Shown: positions 23,971-38,599, counted from the first letter of the stretch. The stretch is 64,000 bases of DNA from Anthoceros angustus (GCA_010909165.1 MU008216.1:62001-126000); one strand, 5' to 3'. The notes: generated by a model not told the origin, from the letters alone. Numbers and translations: made by a program.

Positions 23971-24938
23971 ATGACTGTTGCCGAGATTCCGTGTCAACTG
24001 CCTACCGCGCTCGATCCCACCTCGCCTCTTGTGGAAGACCTGATTCAGTTACCCATCGCCTTCCACTTCTGCTTAGAGAAGGACAGCAACAGCCAACTTT
24101 GTTTTATGACAGCGCGTTGTGGTTCTGCAGCTTATCGTGTTTGTCTAACACTTACAGGGGGGCACGGTACGGTGATTTGGAAGATGTGGAGGCTGCGCTC
24201 TCTCAAGGTGCTCTGATAAGTTCGCAGAATGTGCAGGGCTGCACAGGTGAGCTAGATATTTGCCTGCTTGTTGATGTTTATACAATTTTCTGAACATGGA
24301 TCAATTGCTGACCATTGTTTTCCATTCCTCGTGTCTCAGCACTACACATGGCAGCTGCAAATGGACATGTAGATGTTGTCCAATACCTGATCAATCATGG
24401 AGCTGTATTACTCCTCCGATCCAGCTTGTGGTCACTACACATTTTACATACAACTTCAGCAAAACCTTCAATCTGACTTGCTCTCTTCCTCACGGATTCT
24501 CAGGATGTGGACGCGAGAAATGTTGAGCACAATACCCCTCTTCACTGGGCAGCTTTGAACGGACAAAAGAGGGTAAGTCTTTGCCCCCATTGGTTTCAAA
24601 CTCGGGGACTTTCCTATGTGATATTTGGGCATCATCCAAATCAACTTCCTAACAAGGACGATGATTTTAGGTTGTGGAGGAATTGATTGCAAGAGGCGCG
24701 TCTGCATCTGTCTTGAACAGGTCTGTTGCCCAAAATTTTCACTGGGTGCAGTGGCAAATACTTTTGCCTGCCGTGCAAGCAGATGTGGCGTTATGTGTAA
24801 CCTTGTTCTTTGAAAACGGATATTAGATATGACCGTACACCATTGGATGAAGCCCTGGGTAGAAGTCAGCAGGAGGTTGTGGATGCTATTCATGCTGCGG
24901 TCGCAGCGGCCTCTCTCAACTCGGCCCACGTTAGTTGA
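23971..24938 (+). CDS. Small ankyrin-repeat protein, Yar1-like (putative Rps3 chaperone); 6 exons
   Basis: Exons join across GT-AG introns: MTVAE...EDLIQ / GARYGDLEDV...QGCT / ALHMAAANGHVDVVQYLINHGA / DVDARNVEHNTPLHWAALNGQKR / VVEELIARGASASVLN / YDRTPLDEALGR...HVS*. Confidence 0.88.
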
Positions 24939-25194
24939 GCTCCGTAGGAATTGAGCTGTTGGATATGGACGCGACATCAGCAAGGTGTACAAGCACACGC
25001 AATTTTGATTAGGTACTTCCGAGATACTTCTCGTGCATCGGAATTATGGGAACTGCTGACAGCTCCTGCATTTCTGAGCAGTTCTCGAGCATTTCCCTCA
25101 AACTAAAACCTTCTAATCTTTTCAGCAGTAGGAATGGCCGAGTGGCTGTCTTAGCTGGTTCTGTTCTTGGCTACGCTGGCCAACTACCTCCAGA

Positions 25195-25448
25195 ATGTCA
25201 GCTATGGGGATTTCATTCATGTCACCTATGGGGATTTCATTCATGTCACCTTTGCATCACACTGAGTTGACTAAGAGCACACACTCGGCTTTGGCAAACG
25301 ATGCTGCTCGGGCTAAACCATAGGCTGACGATCAATAGGCATCGGACCAACGATGCCTATTTGTCCAATGCCTATCGTTTCTTTAGTCAGGTCGGTTCTA
25401 CCCATTCCTCCCGATTTTTTAGTCAGGTCGGTTCTACCCATTCCTCCT
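25195..25448. repeat. Two short tandem duplications (24-bp and 36-bp units) between convergent gene ends
   Basis: TGTCA(G/C)CTATGGGGATTTCATTCA about 2.3 times at ~25196; TTTAGTCAGGTCGGTTCTACCCATTCCTCC twice at ~25382. Confidence 0.85.
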
Positions 25449-25609
25449 GCTGGGTAGTGTACATATCCAACCCCCTCAAAAACGATTCGAGTACAGGGTG
25501 CAGACAAGTCGGAGGCATGAGCTTGCCTGAGGCCTGGAGGAGCCAAAACCAATATTAAAAACCGACCCATTTACAAGCCCTCTACTACTACTGTACATCG
25601 GTAATAGCC

Positions 25610-28600
25610 TTACTTATTCCAGACTCGCTCCCTCTGAGCAGCAGCAGCCGGTTTCAGTCCGACGCGAGAGGGCCTGGCCCCGCTCAATACCCGCTGGGCA
25701 CCAGAGCCTGCCACAGTCCTAAGTGGTCGGGTTAAGCTAACTCGCAGTGTTGGAGCCGGCTTCTTTCTGTCCGCGGCGGATGACAGAGAACTCATCCGGT
25801 GGCTGTTCTGGTCGTCCCGTCTCTTTCGCATGTCCTCCAACTTCTCCGGGACCTTGCGAGTTGAGGGGTCCAGAATTGGTGCAGTGAACTGCATTGTGGA
25901 CCGCCGCAGGCTCGGTCTGACCACCCTGCTAGCTGTTCCTGGAGCGCGGTGAACAGGGCTGGCAGGTTCGTTGGAGAGCTCCACTGTGGTGGGCAATGGC
26001 AAAGGAAGCTCCTCGTAGGCTGCGTGGGCCCCCGTTTTCAGCACGAAAGAGCTTGGCAACATGGAGGAGCGCCTCGGCACGCCTGCAAAAGAAGCCCGCC
26101 CTGTTCGCCTTGGCATCAGTTTCTGGGGAGTTGGAGACGCAACCCTCAGGGCCATCATTTTCAGCTTGTCACTGATGCGATGCTCCGGGTCCATGTTCTC
26201 GTTCCGGAAACCTGAAGAGTCGGTGGAGCATTTCAGGACATTCTCCATGTTGTCGGATTGCCGGAGGTCGTACCCGAGCGCTCTCTCTAGCAGCGGTCGC
26301 CTGGGTCCTGAAGGCTCAGCAGTGCCCGCAGTCTCGACAGAACCACCGTCCTTCTGACCAGTTCTGGAGTCGGGAATGCTCCTGTCCATACTTGATTGCG
26401 CACTGAGGGAGGCCTCTGCCAGGCGGGATCTTCTCTCCGAAGTAACCTGGAGCTCCAACTCAGTGATGGTCTTGTCCCTGTCCCTAACCTGCCAACCATC
26501 AAATTTGAGAACAAGTGTCAGAATGTGGGAACATGAAACAAAGCAAGAGAGCAAGACCAGGAGGCGTCCGTTACCTTCTCAGTAAGAGCCTGACACAGTT
26601 GTTCTTTCATTTTAAGTTTGGTTTCTGCTGCCCGCAAACCATCTTCCAACTTCTTCAAGTCCTGTTTAGCTTTCTCCGCCTACAACATTGCTTGTGTTTG
26701 TCAGCGTACACACTCTTTGGACGTCTACAGTGCTGATCATAAATTCAGAGAAATACCTGTTGTTTGTATTTTAACATTTCCCCAGCATCGAGCTGCTTCT
26801 TGGCAGGGCCCAATTCGATGCCCCGTACTCTACTGGCAAAGTTTAATGAACAAACTGTCTCTCCAGCATCCGCCTCGTTGGGGCTGATCTGTACAAACAT
26901 AAGTGCTTTCGAATCTCCACCTGCGAAACAGGGATACGTCCTTCAGTCTTGGATGAAAGGGTACACTTGCTTGTACCTCGATTGTGCCGTTGATGGAAAA
27001 CGTACCTAGGGAATCCTGCAAAAGATGAGTCAGTTTCGAATTCCTATAGGGGATGTGGCTGCTCTTGGTAGTCAGAGCATAAATCACATCTCCAAGGGAA
27101 GCAAGAGACTTGTTGATATTCTGAGCTTCCTTCAGACGCTCTCCTTGCACATCACTTTTTGTCACTCGCTCGCTCCCAGCAAGATCCACCAGCCAAAGCT
27201 TGCTTCTTGTGCACTCGCACGTAAGCAAATTTTCTCCTTTCACCATAATGCAGAGCATGCTGCACACAAGAGCCGGGTTGAGAATAGAGTGACTATCAAC
27301 AAACCAATCCTGCGTGCCGCAATCAGGTCAGAAGTCGTACAAGTGTGATCTGCTACTGTGCTCGTTCGAGTTCGTTGAGCCCACAGCTCTGGCGTTGCTG
27401 CCAGATTGCAATACCTCCCATACTTCAGACATGCAATGTACTTCAGCCTCAATGAGCCCGGGAACATGGTGCACGCCGTCAGACATCTGCTTGATTTCCA
27501 ACCTAAAATCCATAAAACAACACACAATTCAGCTAAGAGACGTGAGACGGCAAATGTTAATTACCCAGTCTCTCGAAGCTCACTTTTTTTGACCTTGACC
27601 CGGAAGGCTGGGTGAGGTGAGCAAGTCCCGAATTTGCTCGTTATAAACCTCCAGGACGCTGACAGAAATTTCGTATCGAAACTGTCCGCTCCTGTCTAAT
27701 GCAACACGAAATAACTCTTCGAGGGTCCGATAATTCACCCCCCTGTTGTCTGGGCTCCCAAGCATTGTAAAAGTTTTACCCGTCCCAGTCTGCCCATACG
27801 CAAAAATGCAAACATTGTAGCCATCCAACACTGATACAACTACAGGAGCAGTGTCGGCAAAAACGTCCTCTGCAGTCACAGACCTTTATATCAGAACACG
27901 TAAGAGATGATCTCCGCAAAAGCTGACGCAACAATGAACAAAAGTGTAACGGTGCAGTGCCTTGGCCATCCTGCGGACTGAACACTCGATCAAATTTGAA
28001 GACCTTTTTGCCACCAGGTCCAGTTCTCAAGGCAAGCTCATTATCTTTCTCAAAATCTACTATAGCAGATGAACCCACCGCCCGTTCCGCTAGACTGAGC
28101 GGACGGCATCGGCAGAAAACTCTGATATTCCCTGGAGCATGCAAGGTAAACGATATCAAATAAAACTCATGTCTTGAGACAACTGTCGCTAGTTTTCACA
28201 TGCACGATGAAATGTAGCCTGTCCCCCTGTACTCACCTTTCAGCTCCAGAACTTTGTTATATAGTCGTCGCCTCTCCTGACTTTCTTCCAAAAACTTGGC
28301 TTTCAGGACTTGATTCTCCTTGACTGCAATTGCTCCTGTCGCGTTAGCGCCTATCGGTAGCACAATCATCCTGGAGAGATACAGAATGGGCAACTGAAAC
28401 TTGCCTAGCTCTTGCACGGATCCTGACAAGCTCCCAATCTCGGGGAAAGAAGCCGTCCATTCTTTAGCCTCCTTGGACAGAGCAGCATGCCTCTCACGCA
28501 GGACCTGCACTTGCCAAATAAAAAATAGAGGACCACGTCAGACAAGACATGGTACTCCAAGCCAATGAGTGTCCATGTGAAGTCCCTTAGACAGCCATAC

Positions 28601-31600
28601 TGCGACAAACAAACAACAAACCTGTGCCTCTTGAAAGACATTCTGCAAAGACTTCCTCCATCTTGTCACGTCTGTTTCACATTTCTCCTTCAATTCCTTT
28701 AGTTCATCTTGTTGCGTCTCAACTACATTTGCTGTCAGACCAAGCGCACAGTGTAAACTGTACTGGCAAGTTGGAAGTTTTACAGATTCGGAGGGTCATG
28801 GGTCCAACTCACCTAAAGTGTCGATGTAGAAGGTCTTAGATGTGAGGTCATTTCGCAGCCTCTCATTTTCTGTCTGAGACTCCTCAAGTGAAATCCATGC
28901 TGCATGACATTCTTTCTTCAACTCCTCCAGCTTCAGCTCGTAGTCTTTAACACACTGCCTGGCCCTTGACCGCATCTGCACTTATCAGACTGTGAGAACA
29001 GCTTCTTTCAACATGAGCGGTATCAGAATCTATGACGAGAAGCTTCACAATCAAAGTTGCACCTGTTGCCGACGGACTTCATCTTCCTTCGATTGTAAAC
29101 GGCTCACATCCAACTGGCGAAGCTCAGTAACACAATGAGTCACAACATCTGAGATTTCCTCTGGTGCAGAATATGTTCCAGAACTGCAAACCTCGCCATG
29201 CTGGTCATTCAGATCTGCTCAAGGAAACAAACATTAACTCTGACAGCCTTATCGACAGAGGCCGGCACAATCAAGATGATTCTGAGATAGAAGCTATACC
29301 TGCCGCTGGAGGTCGCAGTAGGCATATTGCACTGATTGTGGGACTTCCACAGACACCTTCGAAAAATATGGAAAGAGCACCAGTTGAGACAGAAGTCTGA
29401 ACACTTAGTACCAGGGCTTTGTTGGAGCCAGCCAAGGAGTACACATCCAGCTCTGAAACCGCCTGTTGACACAGGCAACACTGGTTAGAGCAAAGTAAGG
29501 CAGCACACCCCGGAAATACAACCAGTGGCGTGAACAGTACCTTCTGCCCTTGGATGCTGATATCAAAAACTCGCATACCAGGAGGACCACTAGTGAAGAT
29601 GATCTCAGCGAAATGGAGGTTAACGATATACTCCCCCCTTGTGAGATTTGGGATAACATACGAGACATTTCCATATCTTGCGGTCTGGTAAAGTGAAGGC
29701 TCCTGTGTTTGGTAGATCCCTTCCTCTGTCCTGAAGACATCCCCCCCGTTGAAGTATCGGTCCTCAACAAAGTCAATTCCAAAAGTACGACTTGATAATT
29801 CACCCCCGCCCGCATTGATTGCTATAACCAGGTCTGCAAAGGTATAAAACCTTCACTGGTTAGCAATACCTTACAGAATCTGAGCAAAGAAACAAACAAG
29901 TGCCGCCAGACTACCTATCCCATAGATGAGTTGCCTCATATGTGACAACAGACATACCAGGTGCAAGGTTGAGAAGGTGCTCCTCCTTCAAAATCTGAAA
30001 ACTCATTATGCCACTAGTTGAGTTGGAGAATGAGGGAACTTGATATGCTACATCCCTTTCAGCAAGCTCTAGCTTGCCACTCATAAGCGATTGAGAATCC
30101 TGGCCTTTGGATGTAACCACCTGGCACTCCTCGACGTCAGCATGGCCACAAGGACCTTCACTCATCAGGGCTGCACCTTGTGAGAATGTGTGTTGCTGCT
30201 CCCACCCACGGATCCCTGCCGTTACTAAACTAGTTCTGTTCAGCGTATCAGCTGCTACATAATCTAGCATTGTTGTTGCATGGTTGACATCCTCCTCACA
30301 GCTCATGGCTCCTTCACCAGTTTGAGACGAATCCCAGCTGGAGCAGACCTTCTCACCACCTCTTTCTGTATCAGAAATCTCTACTGCATCCTGACCTACA
30401 TCTGAGCACTGGGCTTCAGAGCCAAATATTCTAGGAGTTCCCGTTTCCTCGAGCTGCACTGTAACAGCCTCAGGCACTGGTGAAGTTCCTAGGGGCCCCC
30501 CTTCTGGTAAACAGGAGCCATGGATGTCAGCACCACCAACAGCAGACGCTCTCTCGGTGCAGTCAAAAGCTATTGACTCAAACCTCGAAGCTGTTGAGTA
30601 TTGATTCCATTCAGAGGCCAGCAATTGCTTCAAACTGTTTTTTGAGTCACTACTGAACCTCTCTGCAAATTCAAATATGACAGTCAAGTAAAAGGAGGCA
30701 TGTCAAGCAAGCCACTCGGACACACGGGTGGTTCCTTCACAGGGTGGTTCCACGGGTTGCAAAAGATGGCACTCACCCCGCTTTGTTGAGCTCATAGGAC
30801 TCCAGGGGGAGGCTGCATCATCTACTGACGTCCGGCGTTTTACAATACTTCCTGCATAGGCCAAACAGTGGGTGAGAAATGAACAATACTGTAGAAAGCT
30901 AGAGAGTATGCAGAGTGTCAGACAGAAGCCGCCTCCTCAGCAAAATAAGCTGCCCTCAACTGATGCCTGGGACATCTCCAGCTGTCCACTGTCGACAAAG
31001 GCGTTACTCATGCAAAACTATGTGTTCTCCCATCTTATCATCTATGCCTTACAGATTGCAGAGCATGACCTGTATCCCAGGTTCTCTATTGTAAAATTGT
31101 TACTGCTGTGTTCTTTGCTTCGGGTGCAATTCAACAATTCTTACTGATTGGATAACAGCCACCGCCGTTTGACCAACAGCGTTTCCATACAGCGTGCCGT
31201 ATACTTTGGGCAGCACGAAGGGCCTGTGAAAATAAGGGCCACCTGACAAGTAAGATTGACTGCTCATACGGTTTTAGACAATTATCTCCCTCGGTTCAAG
31301 ATTTAGCACAGCTACAGCATCCTCATTCACAATTTCTTCCTCGGACCACACAGTCCAGTTCTTTAGACGACATTGTCCTGCAAAGACAAAGTCTTAAATC
31401 GGGAGATAGACGGCTACTTCATGCAGACGGTAGACTGTGGACTAGGTAGGGAAAAGGCCCTGTCAGCCCGCGTGCTAAAATGCCCCTAAGAAGGAAGAGT
31501 TGGCAGCACATACCCTTCTGTTCAGGGGAGACAATGTCATGGCGACCAGGCTCCGTTTGCAAAAACCCTGTCTCTTGCTCAGCCTCCGCTAGTCCCGCCT

Positions 31601-31613
31601 CCAATCGCACCAT
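25610..31613 (-). CDS. Malectin-domain kinesin-14 (KIN14Q/R-like, MDKIN type); multi-exon
   Basis: Malectin domain (INAG..., [22 protein letters not shown] at ~29540-29830), coiled coil, then motor motifs [22 protein letters not shown] (P-loop), [17 protein letters not shown] and [18 protein letters not shown]. Stop at 25610. The start (ATG 31613) is tentative. Confidence 0.93.
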
Positions 31614-32295
31614 CTGCCAATCCTCCGAGAAGCGCAGGCTGCGGGAAACCTCCTCGGCGCACGGAAAAGCAGCCGCTTGAGCTACAGGGACACCGCTTGT
31701 AAGCAGCCGAACACAGCATTAAGCACTACCAGTGCCTGGGCGGCGCTGCCTGAAATTCGGCAGTCGACGGAGAAACGAAGCCGCGCAGGGCGCAATCCCT
31801 GGAAACGCCTCACCAGCCAGCCAGGTTTGCACCAGGACAGGACAACCGAAATCGAGCGAGCGCAGGACCAGCAGCAGCAGGAAGGGAAGGCAGGAGGACA
31901 AGAATGGGTCGCCCGCGGGAGGCAGCAGGAAGACGAAGAAACGCAATGCCCCAGCCACCGGACTAGACGGGGACTATCGGCCTGACAGAATGTGGCTTCC
32001 CATGAGGAGCTGTAGGCCTGTCGGGACACGGGAGGCTGCCGTCCCAGGCACACGAGCGAGGCCCAACGGGCAAATTTGCACGATTCAAATGTGGCCGCGG
32101 ATTCGCATCGGACGCTCCACATCGTCCCACTAGCCGGGTTTAAACCGGGGGGTTTGGATAGCCGTTGGGACCGGACCGTCATGAAAGGAGACGGCAGGCA
32201 AGCACACATCCGGTATGGTGTTAACTTCGTATTACTGGATCTATCCGGGATCGGACAACGTCCAAATGTGCGCAGTTTCTCGCTCGTTCCCTAAG

Positions 32296-35200
32296 CTACC
32301 TTCCCTCCGGGAGGTTTTCCTTGAAACTCGGCTCAGGGCTCCTAGCAGGGCTGACTGTCCTGCTTTCGGACACGGCCAAGGCAGCTCTCAATTCCGTCAA
32401 AACCTGGGCAATATTGGGTCGGTTGGCTGGATGTCGATCAAGGCACCTCATAATCAGAGCTGCCAACATTTCTACGCCCAAGGATGAAGCAAAACCGATC
32501 AGACTAGGATCCAAGACATTGGATAGTAAGTTCGCCCGTAGGTGTGGAAGCGCCTGAGTGAGCAAGGGATAATCGTCAGGTATCGTAACATGCAATAGCG
32601 ATGCGCTAATCGCAGCTTGCAGATGGGTGCTGGACTGGAATGAAAAACTTACCCATGCTGCCAGGTTGTATTCATCTGGAGGAAGATGTGCAGCCAGGGG
32701 CTCCCGAGCGCAAAGCATCTCCAGGAGGACAATGCCAAAGCTGTAAACGTCACTCTTTTCTGTGAGCTGCTGGGTTGAGTAGTACCTGTGACACAACAAA
32801 AGTTTAGTCAGGTCCAAGCTTTCCGCAGGGAAGGTCCTTATTCCAATCACAACCGATGGGCATCGCTAGCAACACGTAGAAACACAGGAGGAACAAAGTT
32901 CCTGGCTTACTTACTCGGGGTCAAGGTAGCCCGCCGTACCCTTCACCAATGTTGTCACATGGGTTGCGTCTGCGTTTACAACCAGCCTAGACAAGCCAAA
33001 ATCACACACTCTTGCTCCCATATTGGCATCCAGGAGGATATTGTTGCTTTTGACGTCTCGGTGGATGATCCTGGGATCACAGTGGTTATGGAGGTAGTCG
33101 ATACCTGCATTCCCATGCGTGCTCCGTCACGTGCGTACAAAGGGTCTATCATACAGACTGACCAAAAAAACATTTAGCAGGAATACCTGTTGCCGCCCCA
33201 ATTGCTATTCTCAACCTTGCCTTGAAGTCCAGATGTTTTATCCCAGCTTGCGGCCCTACAATTTCAGTCTGCTCAAGCGAATCTTTTCACAGACCTGGAA
33301 TGCATGGTATATAACGTCGGAGTGGCTTAACACTCACCGTATAAGTGGTCTGCCAGCGTGCCGTTTGGGATATACTCATAGACAAGACCCTGCTTGCCAG
33401 CTTCTTCGCAATAGCCCAGAAGTGTCACAAGATTTGGGTGGTGGACGCCAGAGAGCAAACTCACCTTCAGACACAGAACGGGACAATGGGTATCATCAGA
33501 CTAAATAAAACTAGTTGAAGCCAAGCACAGAGTTGCACAGGTAGCACAAATGTAGATGATTTAAAGACAAGTACACTACCTCGTTGGCAAACGAAGTTTC
33601 CCCAAACCGAGATGAGTCTGCCCTTATCTTTACCGCGATTTCTTGTCCTCCTGGAAGTTGGCCGTAGAAGACAGATCCAAAACCTCCCTTCCCAAGGATG
33701 TCTTTAAAATGTTTGGTGGCAGCATTGAGTTCCTTCAAGGAGAATCGTTTGGCAGTGCCCCAGTGTCTAAGATCACGTTCTGGCACATCTGTGTCACCCT
33801 TCAAAAGATGAGGCAATTTGAAGCACCAGACTGAATGGACTACAAATGCACATCTCCAAATCAACCAACCATGCATAACGTGGGTAGGACTTCACTCACT
33901 TTCTATACTTTCCGGAGGAGGTTTTCGTTTCTTCCAACAAACTATTCCAGCGCAGGTTGCAGCTACGACGAGCAAAACAGCTCCTATGGAGACACCTGCA
34001 ATGACCATCGAGTTCAACTTCCGATTGCCGCTACCACTTGGAGCCCCTGAGGCGGGCGCTGTAGCACAATCCTTCTTACCCAAGCAGGGATTCCCAAGGA
34101 AACTGCACGGGGCTATAACAACTAGTTATTCACGAGCAGAAAAAGAGGAACACAACAACAAGAGGTGGAAGGAACGACAAGTTCTATTGCAGCAAATCAA
34201 AAGTATACAAGACTTACTTAAACATCAGATTTTGTCGATTAAAAATTGAGTCTGGTATGGTTCCTGAAAGATCATTGTTCGACACATCCCTGAAGCACGG
34301 CAAAGGGTCATCATTGACACGAAGCAAGCCAATCGAGTTCTTACTGCTCAAAAACACATTCATTAGCATAGTTTCTTACAGTCGCGAAAGCCTGGCAAGT
34401 TCACCCAAATTCTCTGGAATACTACCCCGAAGGCGATTGTTTGACATGTCCCTGAACATGAACAGGACTGTTAGAGAAGGAAAAAGCTGTGTTTGCAGGG
34501 TACACTCAAAGCACAGTGAAGGTGCATAGAAAACACCGATGCTTACAGAATTTGAAGTGCAACATCCGTGCTAAAATCTGGAATCGCGGTAAAAAGGTTA
34601 TGGCTCACATTCCTGGCATGCAACTTGTCGTGAGGAATACCCATACACCAGAGGTGCAGTAAAACATTGCAAACACATGGCTAGAATGTTGCACCGGCAT
34701 CAGCACCATTTCTCTAAGCATCACTCAAGCTGGCGGCGAATCTGTCAATATGTTAAAAGGAGGAGATAACTCACAACACTTGAAGCTGCGGAAGGCCCGT
34801 CACGTGAATAAGATCAAAATTCAGAGAATTGTTTTCGAGCTCTCTGCATGACGGCGCAACATAGCACAGTGTCAGACTCCCACCACATCCTGCAGACTTG
34901 TCCAACAGAGAGAAGAAACGACAAAACAGAGAGGACTTGTAGCATCCACTCGCATGTAAAACGCAGATTTCATACAATGTAAGTAGTGCAGACATGTCCG
35001 GGAGAGAGTACAGCAGAGCTGGGGCTGGGAGGTAACCAGACAAGTGCCTGAACATATAACCAGCATCACAAAGTCAGAGCACAGCACGTTGAAGGTCAGC
35101 GGCAGCATGCAAACGTATCAAAGAGAAAGAACATGTTCACCCACAATGCCGTGATCCTGGGTTGATCTTCAAAAGAGCATTCCACTCGTTGCCATGGAAT

Positions 35201-36710
35201 GGGAAGGCAAGGATCCCAGCTGTCCCAGTCTCCAATGGCTGAATAGTCACTTCTGACATGTTGCAGGGCATTTGCTGCCAAAAATAGAGAACGACAGACA
35301 AATTAGCTCTGGCTTCCTTGTGACCACGACAGCAAAATACAATATAACCGACATTAAAAGACTGGTTGTTGGTACCGACATACCATCCTGTGAGTTTGTC
35401 TGAGGAGCAGGAGAGATTTCTTCATAAACTTCAAGAGCATTCAGAAATGGAACGCCCCCCATTGCTACCACCGTGTAGTTTAACCAGTTGGATGTAAGAA
35501 TTCTGAAAGGGCTGGTTGTTGCCACAAAGTTCTGAGAGACATTGAAAGTTTCATTGAAATCGCCATTCGCTGTGATAAACAAAGCTCCAGAAGTCCCGTT
35601 CAGATTGGCGAAGTAGCCTATCACAGAATAGTTCTTAGCTTCGGATGTCAGTCGAAGGGAATACGTCAAACTATTCTGAGAGACCACCTCTGTAGCTGTT
35701 TGAAGAACCGAAAGGGGAGGAGAGTCGCTAGCAACCCCAGCTAAGTCAACTGACACATTGGTACTGATAGCAACAGAAGCATTAGGCTTGTAGCTCTGGT
35801 CTGATATCCACAGTCTGTCATAAGAATCAAGTGGGAACCTGTATCAAACAGGAAACAAAAGCTGGAATAAGAAGGGCGAGACTTGAACACATTGAGGCCC
35901 TGCCTGTAGGAGAAACTAAGTCCGGGATGGGACCATCAGGTCTTGCGAAAAGAAAGCGCGAGAGTGCCATGGTCAGGTTTTATACCTCACAACCTGAGCA
36001 CCCCCGCAATCGATGCGATAAACTGCTCGGAGAAGGACACCAGGAGCAGGAACTTTGTAGGAACCTGACGGCAGGGGGCGAACTTCGAGCAGAGAAATGA
36101 CAGGAGCCCCTCTATCCGGCTGAGGCAGCAAGCAAAACGGCACAGAATCGGCCTCTCCATCAATAATGAACTCTTCAACCACATTATCCGTGACGTTTAG
36201 GTCGACAGTGGCGACAGCTGTGGTCTTCACGAACACTTGAAAGGCCGGAGGTTGCTCATGCCTATCGTAGTTGCCATACCGAAAGGTTCCCCTGACCAAA
36301 TGCCGCCCGGCGGAGAGATTCAAGCTGTAGCAATTCAAGTTGCGGTTGTCATCCAGGATCGGAAAATATCGAAGAAACGCGCCGCTCCCGTCAACAACGC
36401 CACCTATCCTCGACGGAATCCCCGATCTAAGATTATCCGGCACGTACGTCAGGTTATTCCAAACAAAGCTAGCATCCGCTCCGCAAGCCAGGTTCACAAA
36501 GCCGGGCGCTGCAAACGCACAACACGCACAGACTGGAGCGGCTTAGGAAGGCAGTCGCACAAAAACGCACCAAACAAGTCCGGAACAAGAGAACCATAAA
36601 AGAATCACAATATGAGCTCCCGCACCATCTGGAGCAGCCGTTGCAGCTGGCCCGGTCCATTGCAGTACGAGCCACACCAAGAGGAAGTGCCGCAGGCTTA
36701 GTTCCATCAT
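32296..36710 (-). CDS. Malectin-like domain LRR receptor-like kinase (LRR-I, At5g48740-like); multi-exon
   Basis: Signal peptide [28 protein letters not shown] spliced to [10 protein letters not shown]. Then malectin-like ([16 protein letters not shown]), [12 protein letters not shown] exons, TM ([24 protein letters not shown]), and an RD kinase ([37 protein letters not shown]). Ends PEGR*. Confidence 0.93.
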
Positions 36711-37510
36711 TCCTGAGCCTCACGCAGCTCAATTCAGTAGGAGTCCTGGGGCCGGGAGCTGGAAGAATCCTTAAACTCCGCTACCCGGCGCGCCTTCTGA
36801 TCTTCAAGGACCTCGAGAATGCGAGAGCAGAACGTGGCTCTCCTGCCCACATTTCCTACCCTGCTAACCAAATCGGGTGCGCTTCACCTGGCCAACACGA
36901 GATCTGATGCTGCATCAACTGTACAGTTTTCTTGTTGTCTTAACAGAAACCAGACGCAAGAGCCTGGCTGATACAGGCGTGGACCTCGCGAGGGACCGAG
37001 AACCGAGCGGGCCGGACAGCAGGTCATGGAGAGAAAGGGGCTGATCAGGGCCGGTCCAGGTGGCGACAGGCATCACCTGGGCGCAGTTTTCTCTCATGCT
37101 TCGTAAGTGCGCGGCTCAGATGGGAAGCAACGGGATCTCACCGGGGCCCAGACGCGATATAGTCATTGTTTCAGTGCGTCTGCAGTCAGGTCGACACTGC
37201 AGTGTCCGTACATACTTTCTTTTCTTTGCCCGCATCCCTCGTGCGGTCTTTCGTAGATCCGCACTTGTTCATGTGACTTCGTCAAACTTGTCGATTTTTC
37301 CAATCCCTTGTGATGACCTGGTCCTTCTTTCCAGTTCTGGTCAAACGCGCAGCGTTAGTTTAGCACGTAGGGCCACCCACGTCACTCACTACATATGCCC
37401 TTGCCACGCACGTTTCCCTCGGGATCGCATTTATGGAATCAAAGGAAGGGCACAAATATGTACGTATGTATATATGTACCTATAAGGGTACATGGGTAGG
37501 TAGGTACATA

Positions 37511-38035
37511 CAGTCCACCCCCCTAATTGGGACTGGTTCGGAGTGCCTTTAGAGGTCCCATTAAGGGAGGTGTCCCGATTGTATTTTCCCTATTTAAAAA
37601 TAATAAAAATGTTATAAACTTTAAAAAAAATCAAAAAATACCCAAAAAAAGAAAATTTAAATTTTGATTGATAGGTTTCACTAAAAATAACTTTTACCAG
37701 TTCTTTATATAGTTGTTTGAAAACTAGCACTCTCTCTAAGCAGCATCAAAAAACCTCTACCTATCATAAAGGAAAAAGCTTAGCTTAAGAGTCTTCAATC
37801 ACACCTAAAAGTCTAATGGATTCTTTTTTCTTTTTTTTTAGATTTTTTTTGTAAAAAAAATGAGAAATCCCATTTAGGGAGGTGAAACTAACATGAATGT
37901 ATGCTTCAAAAGGTCCCAATTATCATTTAGGGAAAAGTCCCATTTGTTACATTATAAACTAAAGGGAGTAGGATGGGAGGTCCCATTTAGAGAGGAATCC
38001 CATTTATAGAATTCCCAATTAGGGGGGGCCGACTG
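37511..38035. mobile_element. Tc1/mariner-pogo-like MITE (525 bp)
   Basis: TA on both sides (37509-37510, 38036-38037). TIRs CAGTCCACCCCCCTAATTGGGA / TCCCAATTAGGGGGGGCCGACTG. AT-rich non-coding interior with repeated TCCCATTT motifs. Confidence 0.9.
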
Positions 38036-38254
38036 TATTGCGCAACTCTTTTATAGTGTATGAAAAATAAAATTCTACCTTATGCCTCTTCATTGCAATT
38101 TAATAACAAGGGAATATTTTTTCATAAAATTATATGTTGACTCTGATCTTAAACCTCTTCAATAGTATGTAGGTACATAGACACCCCGCGTACATAGGGA
38201 GGATGTAAGAGGTTTCGAGATGATTTAGTGTTGCGGTCAAATGCTACTACGGTG

Positions 38255-38532
38255 AGAGAGGAGGATATAGCAAACGCAGGAGGAGCGGCTATAGGTACGG
38301 GAGGATGTAGAAGGATGGAGGACAAGGATAAAGGAGGGAGCGATGGCAGGGAGGAGGATGTAAGCAGGAGGAGCGGCTATAGGTACGGGAGGATGTAGAA
38401 GGATGGAGGACAAGGATAAAGGAGGGAGCGATGGCAGGGAGGAGGATGTAGCAAACGCAGGAGGAGCGGCTGTAGATGTGGGAGGATGTAGAAGGATGGA
38501 GGACGAGGATGTAGGAGGGAGCGATGGCAGGT
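38255..38532. repeat. ~90-bp GA-rich tandem repeat x3
   Basis: GCAGGAGGAGCGGCT...GGGAGGATGTAGAAGGATGGAGGAC...GGAGGGAGCGATGGCAGG three times. Confidence 0.9.
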
Positions 38533-38599
38533 TGGAGAGAATGTAGGAGGTGCAAGAGGGAGCGCTGGTGATGCGGGAGTAGGCGAAAAGGTCAATGTA

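Noticed and set aside
32296-36710. SYMRK/DMI2 symbiosis receptor
   Set aside because: It has the same architecture, but the kinase and juxtamembrane motifs (W..AKRFS.KE, DFGLSRL...[14 protein letters not shown]) fit At5g48740-like LRR-I kinases, not SYMRK (DFGFSKYAPQEGDS).
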